A DNA stretch of 64,000 nt from a virus (lineage: Duplodnaviria; Heunggongvirae; Uroviricota; Caudoviricetes): positions 353,291-417,290 of IMG/VR virus record IMGVR_UViG_3300021431_002946; one strand, 5' to 3'. Numbering within the stretch: the stretch's first letter is position 1; each line of letters starts with the position of its first letter. The translations under genes were made by a program, and so were the position numbers. A model generated the notes under the pieces. The model saw only the letters and a program-made list of their open reading frames with translations, did not search any database and was not told the origin of the DNA. Shown one piece after another: positions 18,427-27,124 of this stretch.

Positions 18427-19008
18427 ATGAAAAAGATACCAACACTATTTAAGAGAGAGTTTGAAGGGCACAATATTGTAAACATACTCCCTGAAGTTAC
18501 AGAGGGTATGGAATGGGTACTCAACGGAGAAGGTACAGCAACTGTAAAGATTGACGGTGCTTGTTGTGCAATTATCAACGGTGAATTTTATAAAAGATAC
18601 GATGCAAAGAAAGGCAAGCCTATTCCAGATGGTGCAATAAAGTGTCAGGAAGAAGCAGACCCCATTACAGGTCATTTGCCTTGTTGGGTTAAGGTTGATG
18701 TTGATAATCCTGCCGATAAATGGTTTGTTGAGGCTGAAAAGAATGTAAATTATTTGTCTACTCAGTTAACAGAATTTCGTACTTACGAAGCAATAGGGAA
18801 GCATTTTAACGGTAATCCTTATAATCTTGATTATGATATACTTATTCCTCACGGAGAAGAAATCATCGAAGTAGAAAGAACATTCGAGGGCATCAAAAAG
18901 TATCTTGAAGAAAACTACATAGAAGGTATTGTCTTTTGGAAAGATGGAGAACCTAAATGCAAGATTAAGAGAAGCGATTTTGGATTCGAGTGGGGTAATA
19001 GATATTGA
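18427..19008 (+). CDS. RNA-ligase-like nucleotidyltransferase (DUF5565-like)
   Basis: MKKIPTLF, KIDG motif I, EAIG..FNGNP, EGIVF, KIKRSDF. Confidence 0.6.
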   Translation: MKKIPTLFKREFEGHNIVNILPEVTEGMEWVLNGEGTATVKIDGACCAIINGEFYKRYDAKKGKPIPDGAIKCQEEADPITGHLPCWVKVDVDNPADKWFVEAEKNVNYLSTQLTEFRTYEAIGKHFNGNPYNLDYDILIPHGEEIIEVERTFEGIKKYLEENYIEGIVFWKDGEPKCKIKRSDFGFEWGNRY

Positions 19009-19110
19009 CTTACAAGCAGAAAAAGATATGTATATAATAAGAAATTTTGATGACTTAAACACCCTTGTAGCAGAAATTAAAGCCAGATATAATAAATGAG
19101 GTGAAGTATA

Positions 19111-19374
19111 ATGAAAATTGATAATGAAGACTTTGGAATTCTTGCAGTATGTGCAATAAGATATTGTCAAGGCAGAGAAACCTATATGCCGGAGTTAATT
19201 CGAGGAATAATCAGAAGTCATATTAATGAAGTAACAGATAAAGATTTGCAAGTAATGATAAATGATTGTGAATGCCAATATGCTTTTGGGGACGAAAATA
19301 TTGATAAGCCTGGCTGGTTAGAGTGGAAAGAGTTCTTAATAAATGAGCAGAAAAAGAGGAAAGAAAATGACTAA
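19111..19374 (+). CDS. hypothetical phage protein
   Basis: RBS GAGGTG. Confidence 0.7.
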   Translation: MKIDNEDFGILAVCAIRYCQGRETYMPELIRGIIRSHINEVTDKDLQVMINDCECQYAFGDENIDKPGWLEWKEFLINEQKKRKEND

Positions 19375-19687
19375 TGAAGAGGCTATTAAATTAATTCAAG
19401 AAATAGAAGAAGATGGTAGAAATGTTACTTCTGAGCATATTAAAGCTCTCGCGCGTGCTATTCAAGCATTAGAAACAGGCGAAGTATATATGACAGGTGA
19501 AGATTATAACTTGTATATAGAGGGGTACAAAGCAGGTAAAAACGATTTTGAACCAAAGTTAGGTGAGTGGATAGACGTTAATGGAGATGGTTCTCTTTGG
19601 AAATGTAGTGTTTGTAAAGAACAGTCTTGTTGTAGAGGAGCTTATTGTCCAGATTGTGGATCAAAAATGAGGAACGCAAAATTATGA
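19367..19687 (+). CDS. phage zinc-ribbon protein
   Basis: MTNEEAI..., GEWI...CSVC...CPDCGSKM. Confidence 0.7.
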   Translation: MTNEEAIKLIQEIEEDGRNVTSEHIKALARAIQALETGEVYMTGEDYNLYIEGYKAGKNDFEPKLGEWIDVNGDGSLWKCSVCKEQSCCRGAYCPDCGSKMRNAKL

Positions 19688-19877
19688 TGTCGTAAGAGGT
19701 AAAAATGATAACAATTAAATGTACTGAAAAAGAGTATCAAGTACTTAAAGAGCCTAAAAATATGGTTACATGTTATATTATGAATGCTCTTGGTTATTGT
19801 AGAGAAGATAAATGTCTTGAATGTAAACAAGATCAAAATAAAATAATTAAATGGGAAATTATTAAAGAGGTATAACT

Positions 19878-20099
19878 ATGTCAGATTTTCCGTGTCATGA
19901 TTGTATTGCAAGAGAATGTGATAATGATGCATCTTTTATTTGTCCATTTCTTGAAGAATATAGTAAAATTAAACCTGAATGTAAAAATTGTATTGAATGG
20001 GAATATTTTGAAGGTTATGGATATGGTTGTTTTGTAGGACAAACTATGAAACCTATTGATGCTACAAAATGTGAATTTTATCATTATTATAAGAGGTAA
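19878..20099 (+). CDS. small Cys-rich protein
   Basis: CHDC..C...C / CKNC..C...C duplicated motif. Confidence 0.65.
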   Translation: MSDFPCHDCIARECDNDASFICPFLEEYSKIKPECKNCIEWEYFEGYGYGCFVGQTMKPIDATKCEFYHYYKR

Positions 20100-20275
20100 T
20101 TTTCTATGAATATGGAATATATATTGCAAGAATTATGTAAAAAGATTGAACATATGGATAAGCAATCTTTTGAGAAAATGATTAAAAGATTAACAAAGGC
20201 ATATAATAAAAAGCATATTTCAAAAATAAATGATTTATATGATTTAAATGACTATGAGGATTAATTTTTAATAAT

Positions 20276-20893
20276 ATGAAGTGGACATTAATGACAATAC
20301 CAGCTTATTCAATTTTTATATATAATAATGAAAAATGGGCAAAAATAGGTAGTGTTAGCTTTAATGAAGATAAAGCTATATGTAGATGTCGTAATATAAA
20401 TACAAATTTATATACAGATGATATATCTATAGATGAAGAAGTTCAACTTATAATTGTTGATCCTAATGCTATAAAATATTATAATATATTAGATAAAATG
20501 TATGATAATGAAAATTTTAATAAGACAATAGAATTATTAAAGTTAAAGCCTTATTATGATGCATTTTATACAATGTATTTAGAAAATACTAATATAACTA
20601 ATTATTATTATCATTTAAAAAAAGCAAAATTTTATATTATAAATGATTTACTTTATTTTGAAGATACATTTTTTGAAATAAGTATAGATTTAACTGAAGA
20701 AGAAAAAGAATTTAATAAGGAAGCTAAAATCTATAAAGATAATCGAAAACATATAATGCTAAGAGTTAAAGATATTTATAAATATTTAAAGCAGGATAAA
20801 TGGAAAGATTTACATCCTAAAAATGATACTATTGATTTAACAAAGAAAAGTATTAAAATTACAAATGCTGCTTATATAAGCATTAGGTATTAA
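20276..20893 (+). CDS. hypothetical protein
   Basis: ORF track. Confidence 0.6.
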   Translation: MKWTLMTIPAYSIFIYNNEKWAKIGSVSFNEDKAICRCRNINTNLYTDDISIDEEVQLIIVDPNAIKYYNILDKMYDNENFNKTIELLKLKPYYDAFYTMYLENTNITNYYYHLKKAKFYIINDLLYFEDTFFEISIDLTEEEKEFNKEAKIYKDNRKHIMLRVKDIYKYLKQDKWKDLHPKNDTIDLTKKSIKITNAAYISIRY

Positions 20894-20903
20894 AGTCTAT
20901 TAT

Positions 20904-20923
20904 TATAACACCATGGTGTTATA
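20904..20923. repeat. perfect 20-bp palindrome
   Basis: TATAACACCATGGTGTTATA, intergenic. Confidence 0.8.
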
Positions 20924-20950
20924 GTCTACTTAAAGGAGAATACCAATAAT

Positions 20951-21475
20951 ATGATAGATTCAATTAAAAATAGTATTGAAAAAAGAGAAAAATTTCAAAA
21001 ACATCAATTTGATACAATTACATATTTTTTAAAACGTATGGTTATAAGTGATACAAAAAGAGCAAATGCAATTTATGATTCACTTAGACTTTTTATAGAA
21101 TCAGATTATAGAGATTGTGATCCTGAAACAATATTTCAGTATGGAGTACTATATGGTATAACTGAAGAAGCACATGAAAAATTACAAAAACAACATAATA
21201 ATAAAAGTATTGCAAATGCATTAGATAAAATAATTAATGATGAAGATTTTTGCGCACTTTTTAAAATATTCAAATATGATGTAGAATTCAAAGAAGATAA
21301 TCTATATACTAAAGCAAATATAGATATAGGAAAATTTAGAGATTATATTTGGTATTTAGAAGATAATAAATTTATTATTGCAAGACATACAGCATATCAT
21401 AAATATTATAAACTTACTGATTTAGGCATAGAATTATATCAAGAATATATCAAATTTTTAAAATGGCTTGAATAA
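20951..21475 (+). CDS. hypothetical protein, possible C-terminal winged helix
   Basis: RBS AAAGGAG; YYKLTDLG wing-like motif. Confidence 0.6.
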   Translation: MIDSIKNSIEKREKFQKHQFDTITYFLKRMVISDTKRANAIYDSLRLFIESDYRDCDPETIFQYGVLYGITEEAHEKLQKQHNNKSIANALDKIINDEDFCALFKIFKYDVEFKEDNLYTKANIDIGKFRDYIWYLEDNKFIIARHTAYHKYYKLTDLGIELYQEYIKFLKWLE

Positions 21476-21476
21476 A

Positions 21477-21510
21477 AAACTGTACTATTATTAGTACAGT
21501 TTAATTTTTT
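21477..21510 (+). terminator. intrinsic terminator
   Basis: AAACTGTACT-attatt-AGTACAGTTT plus T run. Confidence 0.75.
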
Positions 21511-21524
21511 AACTTAAAAAACTA

Positions 21525-21553
21525 TTTACATATATTATATTATATGATAATAT
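21525..21553 (+). promoter_or_regulatory. sigma70-type promoter
   Basis: TTTACA-17-TAATAT with TGn. Confidence 0.65.
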
Positions 21554-21583
21554 ATAATCATACCAAATATATAAGGAGTTTAT

Positions 21584-22429
21584 ATGAACTATATTATCGT
21601 TGCTTCTTCAAACTTCAATGACAAAGCACTTTTCATAGAAAATGTTAAGTTGCCTTCTGACGCAACAGTTATTGTAAAAGCAAAGTCTGCAGTATCTGAG
21701 TGGATCAAAGAAATGAACTTTATTCCTGCGGAATTCAACAACTACGATGAAATGCTTTCATTTGATCCTGCATCAACAAAGCTTATTGCTTTTTGGGATG
21801 GTGCATCAAAGAATGTAGAAAAGATGATAAACGCATTTTCTAATCAGCAGGTAATCAAGTACGAGAACCCTACATTGAAGTCATTCAATGAAATGATTGA
21901 GAAGATACAGAACGAGAAGTGGAAGCTTGGATGCAAAGAGCTTGTAAAGAAGTTGCCAAATTACTTTTGGGTAGTAGCTGCTTCCTCTTCAGGAAAGTAT
22001 CACCCTAAGTGCGACCTTGGAACTGGTGGTTTAGTAAGACACTCAGTAATGGTTGCAATCAACGCAATTGATCTGGTAACAGCTGAGATCTTCGTAGAAG
22101 ATAATATCATCAACAAAGATATGGCATTGATTGCTGGTTTGTTCCACGATTGCATGAAGCAGGGAAATGCGCACTCTGGTCATACAGTATTTGATCATCC
22201 TATTCTTGCAGCAGAATTCATGGCAACAGAGTTAAAAGATTACATTGAGGAACCTTACCTTTCAACAATATGTGGAGCTGTAAGAACTCATATGGGAAAG
22301 TGGACAACATCAGACTATGCACCTGAAATCACACTTGAAAAGCCTACAACCGCTTTCCAGAAGCTTGTACATACAGCTGACTATGAAGCAGCAAGAAAGT
22401 ACATTGCAGGCCTTGAAGAATGGCAGTAA
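21584..22429 (+). CDS. SLOG-like (DUF2493/YspA) + HD phosphohydrolase fusion
   Basis: N-terminal IIVASSNFND...LIAFWDGAS; C-terminal SSSGKYH..GGLVRH, FHD, HP, HM, ADY. Confidence 0.7.
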   Translation: MNYIIVASSNFNDKALFIENVKLPSDATVIVKAKSAVSEWIKEMNFIPAEFNNYDEMLSFDPASTKLIAFWDGASKNVEKMINAFSNQQVIKYENPTLKSFNEMIEKIQNEKWKLGCKELVKKLPNYFWVVAASSSGKYHPKCDLGTGGLVRHSVMVAINAIDLVTAEIFVEDNIINKDMALIAGLFHDCMKQGNAHSGHTVFDHPILAAEFMATELKDYIEEPYLSTICGAVRTHMGKWTTSDYAPEITLEKPTTAFQKLVHTADYEAARKYIAGLEEWQ

Positions 22430-22460
22430 TTAAAAAATAATATAAAGGAGCAAAAAACAA

Positions 22461-22649
22461 ATGGAAATCGCAAAGTCAACATTTCTTGATACTATGGAAG
22501 AGGTACTTTATGAGGACTGTCTTTCAGATTATATTACAAAGTCAGAAATGAGAGACTATATTAAGGACATTAAAAAGTTTATTAGACATGCCAAGGATGG
22601 AGATGAATATTGGTATGCTGGTAGCAAGTATGTAATTACAGAATGTTAA
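22461..22649 (+). CDS. hypothetical protein
   Basis: RBS AAAGGAG. Confidence 0.6.
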   Translation: MEIAKSTFLDTMEEVLYEDCLSDYITKSEMRDYIKDIKKFIRHAKDGDEYWYAGSKYVITEC

Positions 22650-22650
22650 T

Positions 22651-23124
22651 ATGAAAATCGGATTTTATCCTGGATCATTTGATCCATTTACAATTGGACA
22701 TCTTGAAGTTGTAAAAAAGGCCTGTCAAATTTTTGATCAGGTCATTATTGGTATTGGAGACAATCCGCATAAATCAAGACGTTTTGATAAGGATGAAATG
22801 TATAATGCTATTCATAAAACAATTAGAAAAGAAGGATTAGAAGATCAAGTTCAAGTTATTTCATTTCATGGTATTTCAGCTGAAATTGCAAAAGAATATA
22901 ATGCAGTTTGTTTAATTAAAGGTATTAGAAATACTGAAGATTATGAATATGAAGAAAAGACTGCAAAAGCTAATGTAAAAAGATTTGATATTGATACAAT
23001 TTATATTAGATCTGGAGACTATTGTAATATTAGTTCTAGTATGGTATATGAATGTCATTTGAATAATGAAGATATTTCTCAATATGTACCAAAAGATATT
23101 TTTGATGTAATTTATAAGAAATAA
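22651..23124 (+). CDS. coaD: phosphopantetheine adenylyltransferase
   Basis: YPGSFDPFTIGH, NPHK, KGIRN..DYEYE, ISSS. Confidence 0.85.
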   Translation: MKIGFYPGSFDPFTIGHLEVVKKACQIFDQVIIGIGDNPHKSRRFDKDEMYNAIHKTIRKEGLEDQVQVISFHGISAEIAKEYNAVCLIKGIRNTEDYEYEEKTAKANVKRFDIDTIYIRSGDYCNISSSMVYECHLNNEDISQYVPKDIFDVIYKK

Positions 23125-23136
23125 TACTTAAAGTAT

Positions 23137-23580
23137 ATGAAGATTAAAGATATTACAGAAAAAGGTATATATTGGGAAAAAGACTATAAAAGTAGTCCAC
23201 CTAAAAATGTAGAAACTTATATTGATATTACAATAGAATTATTTAGATATATAGATCAGCACAATGAATCAATTGAAGATATTGAATTTTTAATACCATA
23301 TTTATATTATTATTGGAGAGAAGATGTTATAAATGAATGTTGGTATAATGAAAATATAGATAAATATGCAGAATTTCAAATAGATAGATTAGCTTTGAAA
23401 TTAAAATATTTTTATATAAATTTTAAAATAGATAAAAATTTTAAAAAGAATTTTGATATAAATTTTAAAAATTGTTTATTTCCAAATAATGAATTTATAA
23501 CAGACCATAAAGATGAAATAGAAAAATTTTATAATATATTTAACGCAAAATTAAAAAAATATGAGAAATTATTTTATTAA
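23137..23580 (+). CDS. hypothetical protein, paralogue of the next gene
   Basis: shares LxPYLYY and I.KYA..Q with 23561. Confidence 0.65.
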   Translation: MKIKDITEKGIYWEKDYKSSPPKNVETYIDITIELFRYIDQHNESIEDIEFLIPYLYYYWREDVINECWYNENIDKYAEFQIDRLALKLKYFYINFKIDKNFKKNFDINFKNCLFPNNEFITDHKDEIEKFYNIFNAKLKKYEKLFY

Positions 23581-24007
23581 AGAAATTGCAAATAAAGGTA
23601 AATTCTTTAAAGAAAAAGATAGTATACCTCCAATACATTTATCAGATTTTATAGAAGATTTAATAGCATTTGATAATTTTTTATGGACTAATGACGATAA
23701 TAATTGTGGAGATATGCTTATATTAATGCCGTATTTATACTATTTTTTAAAAATTGATATTCAAACGTCTTTTGTAAAAAAAGATGATATAGAAAAATAT
23801 GCAAGAGAACAATGTTTTACATTAGTTAAAAATACACTTTATTTTAGTCTTATACCTATTCAACTTTTAGTATTGTATGAAAAGAATTTTGATAAATTAT
23901 TTAATGGTTATAAATTTCCAGATGGCTCTTTAATTATGGATTATAAAAAAGAAATAGATCAACTTTATATATGGTATAACGAAGAAGTAGATGAAACTTT
24001 TGATTAG
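23561..24007 (+). CDS. hypothetical protein, paralogue of the previous gene
   Basis: LMPYLYY, IEKYAREQ. Confidence 0.65.
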   Translation: MRNYFIKEIANKGKFFKEKDSIPPIHLSDFIEDLIAFDNFLWTNDDNNCGDMLILMPYLYYFLKIDIQTSFVKKDDIEKYAREQCFTLVKNTLYFSLIPIQLLVLYEKNFDKLFNGYKFPDGSLIMDYKKEIDQLYIWYNEEVDETFD

Positions 24008-24131
24008 AAACTAAATGAAAAAAATTTACAAATTGGCAGTTTAAAATTTTCAAAAAGAGGGTATAATATAATTAGAACGAAAAAAATATTGAAAGAAATG
24101 AAAAGAAAATGAAAAAATTTTAAAAAAGTGG

Positions 24132-24159
24132 TTTACTTTCTGAAAAAAAGTATTATAAT
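24132..24159 (+). promoter_or_regulatory. sigma70-type promoter of the sigma gene
   Basis: TTTACT-16-TATAAT; predicts a ~55-nt CA-rich leader. Confidence 0.65.
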
Positions 24160-24222
24160 ATAATTATAAAATTACGCACACTTATAACACACACAATACT
24201 TTAAATAAAGGAGTTACTTTGA

Positions 24223-25212
24223 ATGAGCAACATTATTACTATTATTAATGCTATTTCCCAAAACAAGTGCATAAAAATGGAAGATCTTAAACCTTATTTG
24301 GAAGAGGTTGAAGAGAAGGAATACAATGAGATAATGAACTATTTACTTGATAATAGTTATTATATCATTGATGATGAAGATTATGAAGAGTTAGATGTTG
24401 AAGCAGAAGAAAAGAATTCTTCAATTGGCGGTACAAAGTGGTGGTTAGAAGTAATTCAGCAGTACCCTTTGCTTACTAAGGAACAGGAACAGGACCTGTA
24501 TATTTCAGGAGATTATGATACTCTTATTTGTTCAAATCTTCGTCTTGTTGTTTCAATTGCAAAGAAGTATTTGAACAGAGGTATTTCTTTAGATGACCTT
24601 ATTGCAGAAGGTAATATGGCGCTTACAAAGATTGTAAAGAAGTTTGACCCTGAAAGAGGTACAAAGTTTTCAACATTTGCAACTTGGTGGATTAGACAGG
24701 CAATTACAAAGTATATTACAGATAACTCTAAGTCAGTAAGACTTCCTGTTCACGTAACAAATGATATTAACAAGTTGTATAAGGCAGCAAAGAAACTTAC
24801 AGATAAGTTCAATAGAGAACCTACAATGGATGAACTTATTGAAGAAACTGGTTTTACTGAAGATCAGATTGTAAAATTCAATAAATATAACCAGGCTGTA
24901 ATTTCTTATGATAGTTCTATTTCTGACGACTCTGATAACACTATTCTTGATTTTATTGGACATCAGGACGATGCTTCTCAGAATGAACAGAACTTCTACA
25001 AAGAAGCAGTTACTGATCTTATGACTGTTTTGACAAAAAGAGAGCAGACAGTAATTAAACTTAGATTTGGTCTTAATAAGGAACAGAAATGTTATGGTCT
25101 TGAAGAGATTGGTAATCTCATTGGTGTAACTAAACAGATGGTTAAACAGATTATAAAGGGTTCTATTAGAAAGATGGCAATAAGCAAAAAAGCTAGAAAA
25201 TATGAAGATTGA
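24223..25212 (+). CDS. RpoD-like sigma70 factor (regions 1.2-4)
   Basis: YPLLT.EQE, SNLRLVVSIAKKY, DLIAEGN, KFDPERGTKFSTFATWWIRQAI, VRLPVH, LTKREQTVIKLRFGL. Confidence 0.93.
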   Translation: MSNIITIINAISQNKCIKMEDLKPYLEEVEEKEYNEIMNYLLDNSYYIIDDEDYEELDVEAEEKNSSIGGTKWWLEVIQQYPLLTKEQEQDLYISGDYDTLICSNLRLVVSIAKKYLNRGISLDDLIAEGNMALTKIVKKFDPERGTKFSTFATWWIRQAITKYITDNSKSVRLPVHVTNDINKLYKAAKKLTDKFNREPTMDELIEETGFTEDQIVKFNKYNQAVISYDSSISDDSDNTILDFIGHQDDASQNEQNFYKEAVTDLMTVLTKREQTVIKLRFGLNKEQKCYGLEEIGNLIGVTKQMVKQIIKGSIRKMAISKKARKYED

Positions 25213-25243
25213 TGGTTTCATAGTGTTTTTTCCTTTTATAAAG

Positions 25244-25273
25244 TAAGGTCGTTGAAAAACGACCTTATTTTTT
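25244..25273 (+). terminator. intrinsic terminator after sigma
   Basis: TAAGGTCGTT-gaaa-AACGACCTTA plus TTTTTT. Confidence 0.85.
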
Positions 25274-25276
25274 ACG

Positions 25277-25295
25277 AAAGGCTATTTAATTATAT
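25277..25295 (+). promoter_or_regulatory. class-2 motif, copy 2
   Basis: AAAGGCTATTTAATTATAT. Confidence 0.6.
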
Positions 25296-25309
25296 AATGA
25301 TAAATTAAG

Positions 25310-25338
25310 TTTACATTATAAAATTTTGTAATTATAAT
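25310..25338 (+). promoter_or_regulatory. sigma70-type promoter
   Basis: TTTACA-17-TATAAT. Confidence 0.75.
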
Positions 25339-25375
25339 ATAATGATGTATTAATTTTGTAATTAGGTGGAAAATA

Positions 25376-26101
25376 ATGAATAAATTTATAAAACATACAC
25401 TAAAAGGTTTAAATATTAAAGAAACTGACCCCAAAATGAGTATTGGCTTCAAAGTAAGAAATAATAAAGAAGAAGATACTATATTGATTTTTGGTATTAA
25501 TCCTGCCGGATATGAAAAAGAAGCTGAATATAGTAGAACGCATGTTCTATATTTAGGTTATACAGGTGGATCAAATATTCCAGATCAAGTAAATAATAGA
25601 TATTATGGTGGTATATATAGATTTGTTAATGCAATAACAAATAATTCATGCAAATTTGAATGGTGTAATGATAAATTTGAAAAAATTGAGCAACAATTAC
25701 CTAATTTAACACCAAGACAAATAAAGAATATAAGAAAATTTTATGATAGTCATAAAGATAATCAATATACTATTTATTTAGGAGACCTTTTCTCCTATCA
25801 TACAACAGCAGCTAAAAAGCTATATAAATATATTAAAAAAGATATTGATAAAAGAGAATATGCTCTTAAGATGCTTCAATATCATATAGAAGAACTCCAA
25901 AAACACAATAAAAAACCAAAGCTTATTTATATAAATAATGCAGAAGTCTCAAGTTGGCTTCAAAATGGTGAAAATAAAACTTTTGAGTATATTGAAGACA
26001 TTCCTGTCTTCTATGGAGGTATGCTCACTGGTCAACATGCAATGGATATTACTTCTGTATATAGATTAATTAATGAAATAAAAAATAAAATAAAATTATA
26101 A
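25376..26101 (+). CDS. hypothetical protein, possible UDG-superfamily fold
   Basis: ILIFGINPAG (GxNP), GDLF, KPKLIYINN. Confidence 0.4.
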   Translation: MNKFIKHTLKGLNIKETDPKMSIGFKVRNNKEEDTILIFGINPAGYEKEAEYSRTHVLYLGYTGGSNIPDQVNNRYYGGIYRFVNAITNNSCKFEWCNDKFEKIEQQLPNLTPRQIKNIRKFYDSHKDNQYTIYLGDLFSYHTTAAKKLYKYIKKDIDKREYALKMLQYHIEELQKHNKKPKLIYINNAEVSSWLQNGENKTFEYIEDIPVFYGGMLTGQHAMDITSVYRLINEIKNKIKL

Positions 26102-26113
26102 GGATTTTTAAAA

Positions 26114-27124
26114 ATGTTTTGTTGTAAAATTTGTAATAAAAGTTATTTAACTAATAGAGGTTTATTATATCATGTTAGTCAAACACATAAAATAAAACAA
26201 AAAGACTATTATGATACATATTTTAAAAAAGGAAATGAAGGAATTTGTAAAAGATGTGGTAAACCAACATCATTTTGGGGATTAGCTGCTGGTTATAGTG
26301 AATATTGCTCGCATTATTGTTGTAATAGAACAATGTTTGATAATGAAACAGAAGAACATAAACATGCTAGAGGACAAAAAGGCGCTATTTCATATAAAAA
26401 ATATAGAGCAAATATGACGCCTGAACAAAAAGAAAAAGATCATATTAGTCATGTTAATGCATAGAAAAATAGAAGTATAGAAGATAAATTAAAAACAAGT
26501 CAAAAATGTAAAGCAGCAGCTGCAAATAGATCTGAAGAAGATAAAATAAAAATGTATAAAAAAATGGTTGAAACAAATAAAAATAAACCAGAATACATTA
26601 AACAAAAAGAATCTGTTATATGAAAACAAGGAATGAAAAATAGATGGAAAAATATGAGTAAAAAAGATAAACAACAATTTAAAGAAAATTGTAAAAAGTC
26701 TTATCATGAAAAAACAGAAAAACATATTTCTGAAATAAATGACAAACGACGTGAATCTCGAAGACAATTTATGAAAAATAAACCTAATTATAATGGAGTT
26801 TATTTTGACTCTATATGGGAATTAAATGTATATAAATATTGTATAAAAAATAATATTTCTATTATAAGAGAACCGATCTCAATTGAATATATATTTAATA
26901 ACAAAACATTAAGTGCATATCCAGATTTTTTAATAAAAAATACACTTGTTGAAATTAAAGGAAATCAATTTGTAAAACAAGATGGAACCTGGATAAATCC
27001 ATACGCAAAAGAAGATTCTGGTGCTATGGAAGCAAAACATCAAGCATTATTAAAGGCAAATGTAAAAATATGGTATGAAAAAGATGTAAATGATTTTTTA
27101 AGTAGAAATTTGGAGGTAAATTAA
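26114..27124 (+). pseudogene. homing endonuclease (C2H2 finger + repeats + PD-(D/E)xK) broken by TAG 26462 and TGA 26621
   Basis: track ORFs 26114 and 26633 are in the same frame; nuclease motif DSIWE..YPDF..VEIKG; N-terminus homologous to 33360. Confidence 0.75.
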
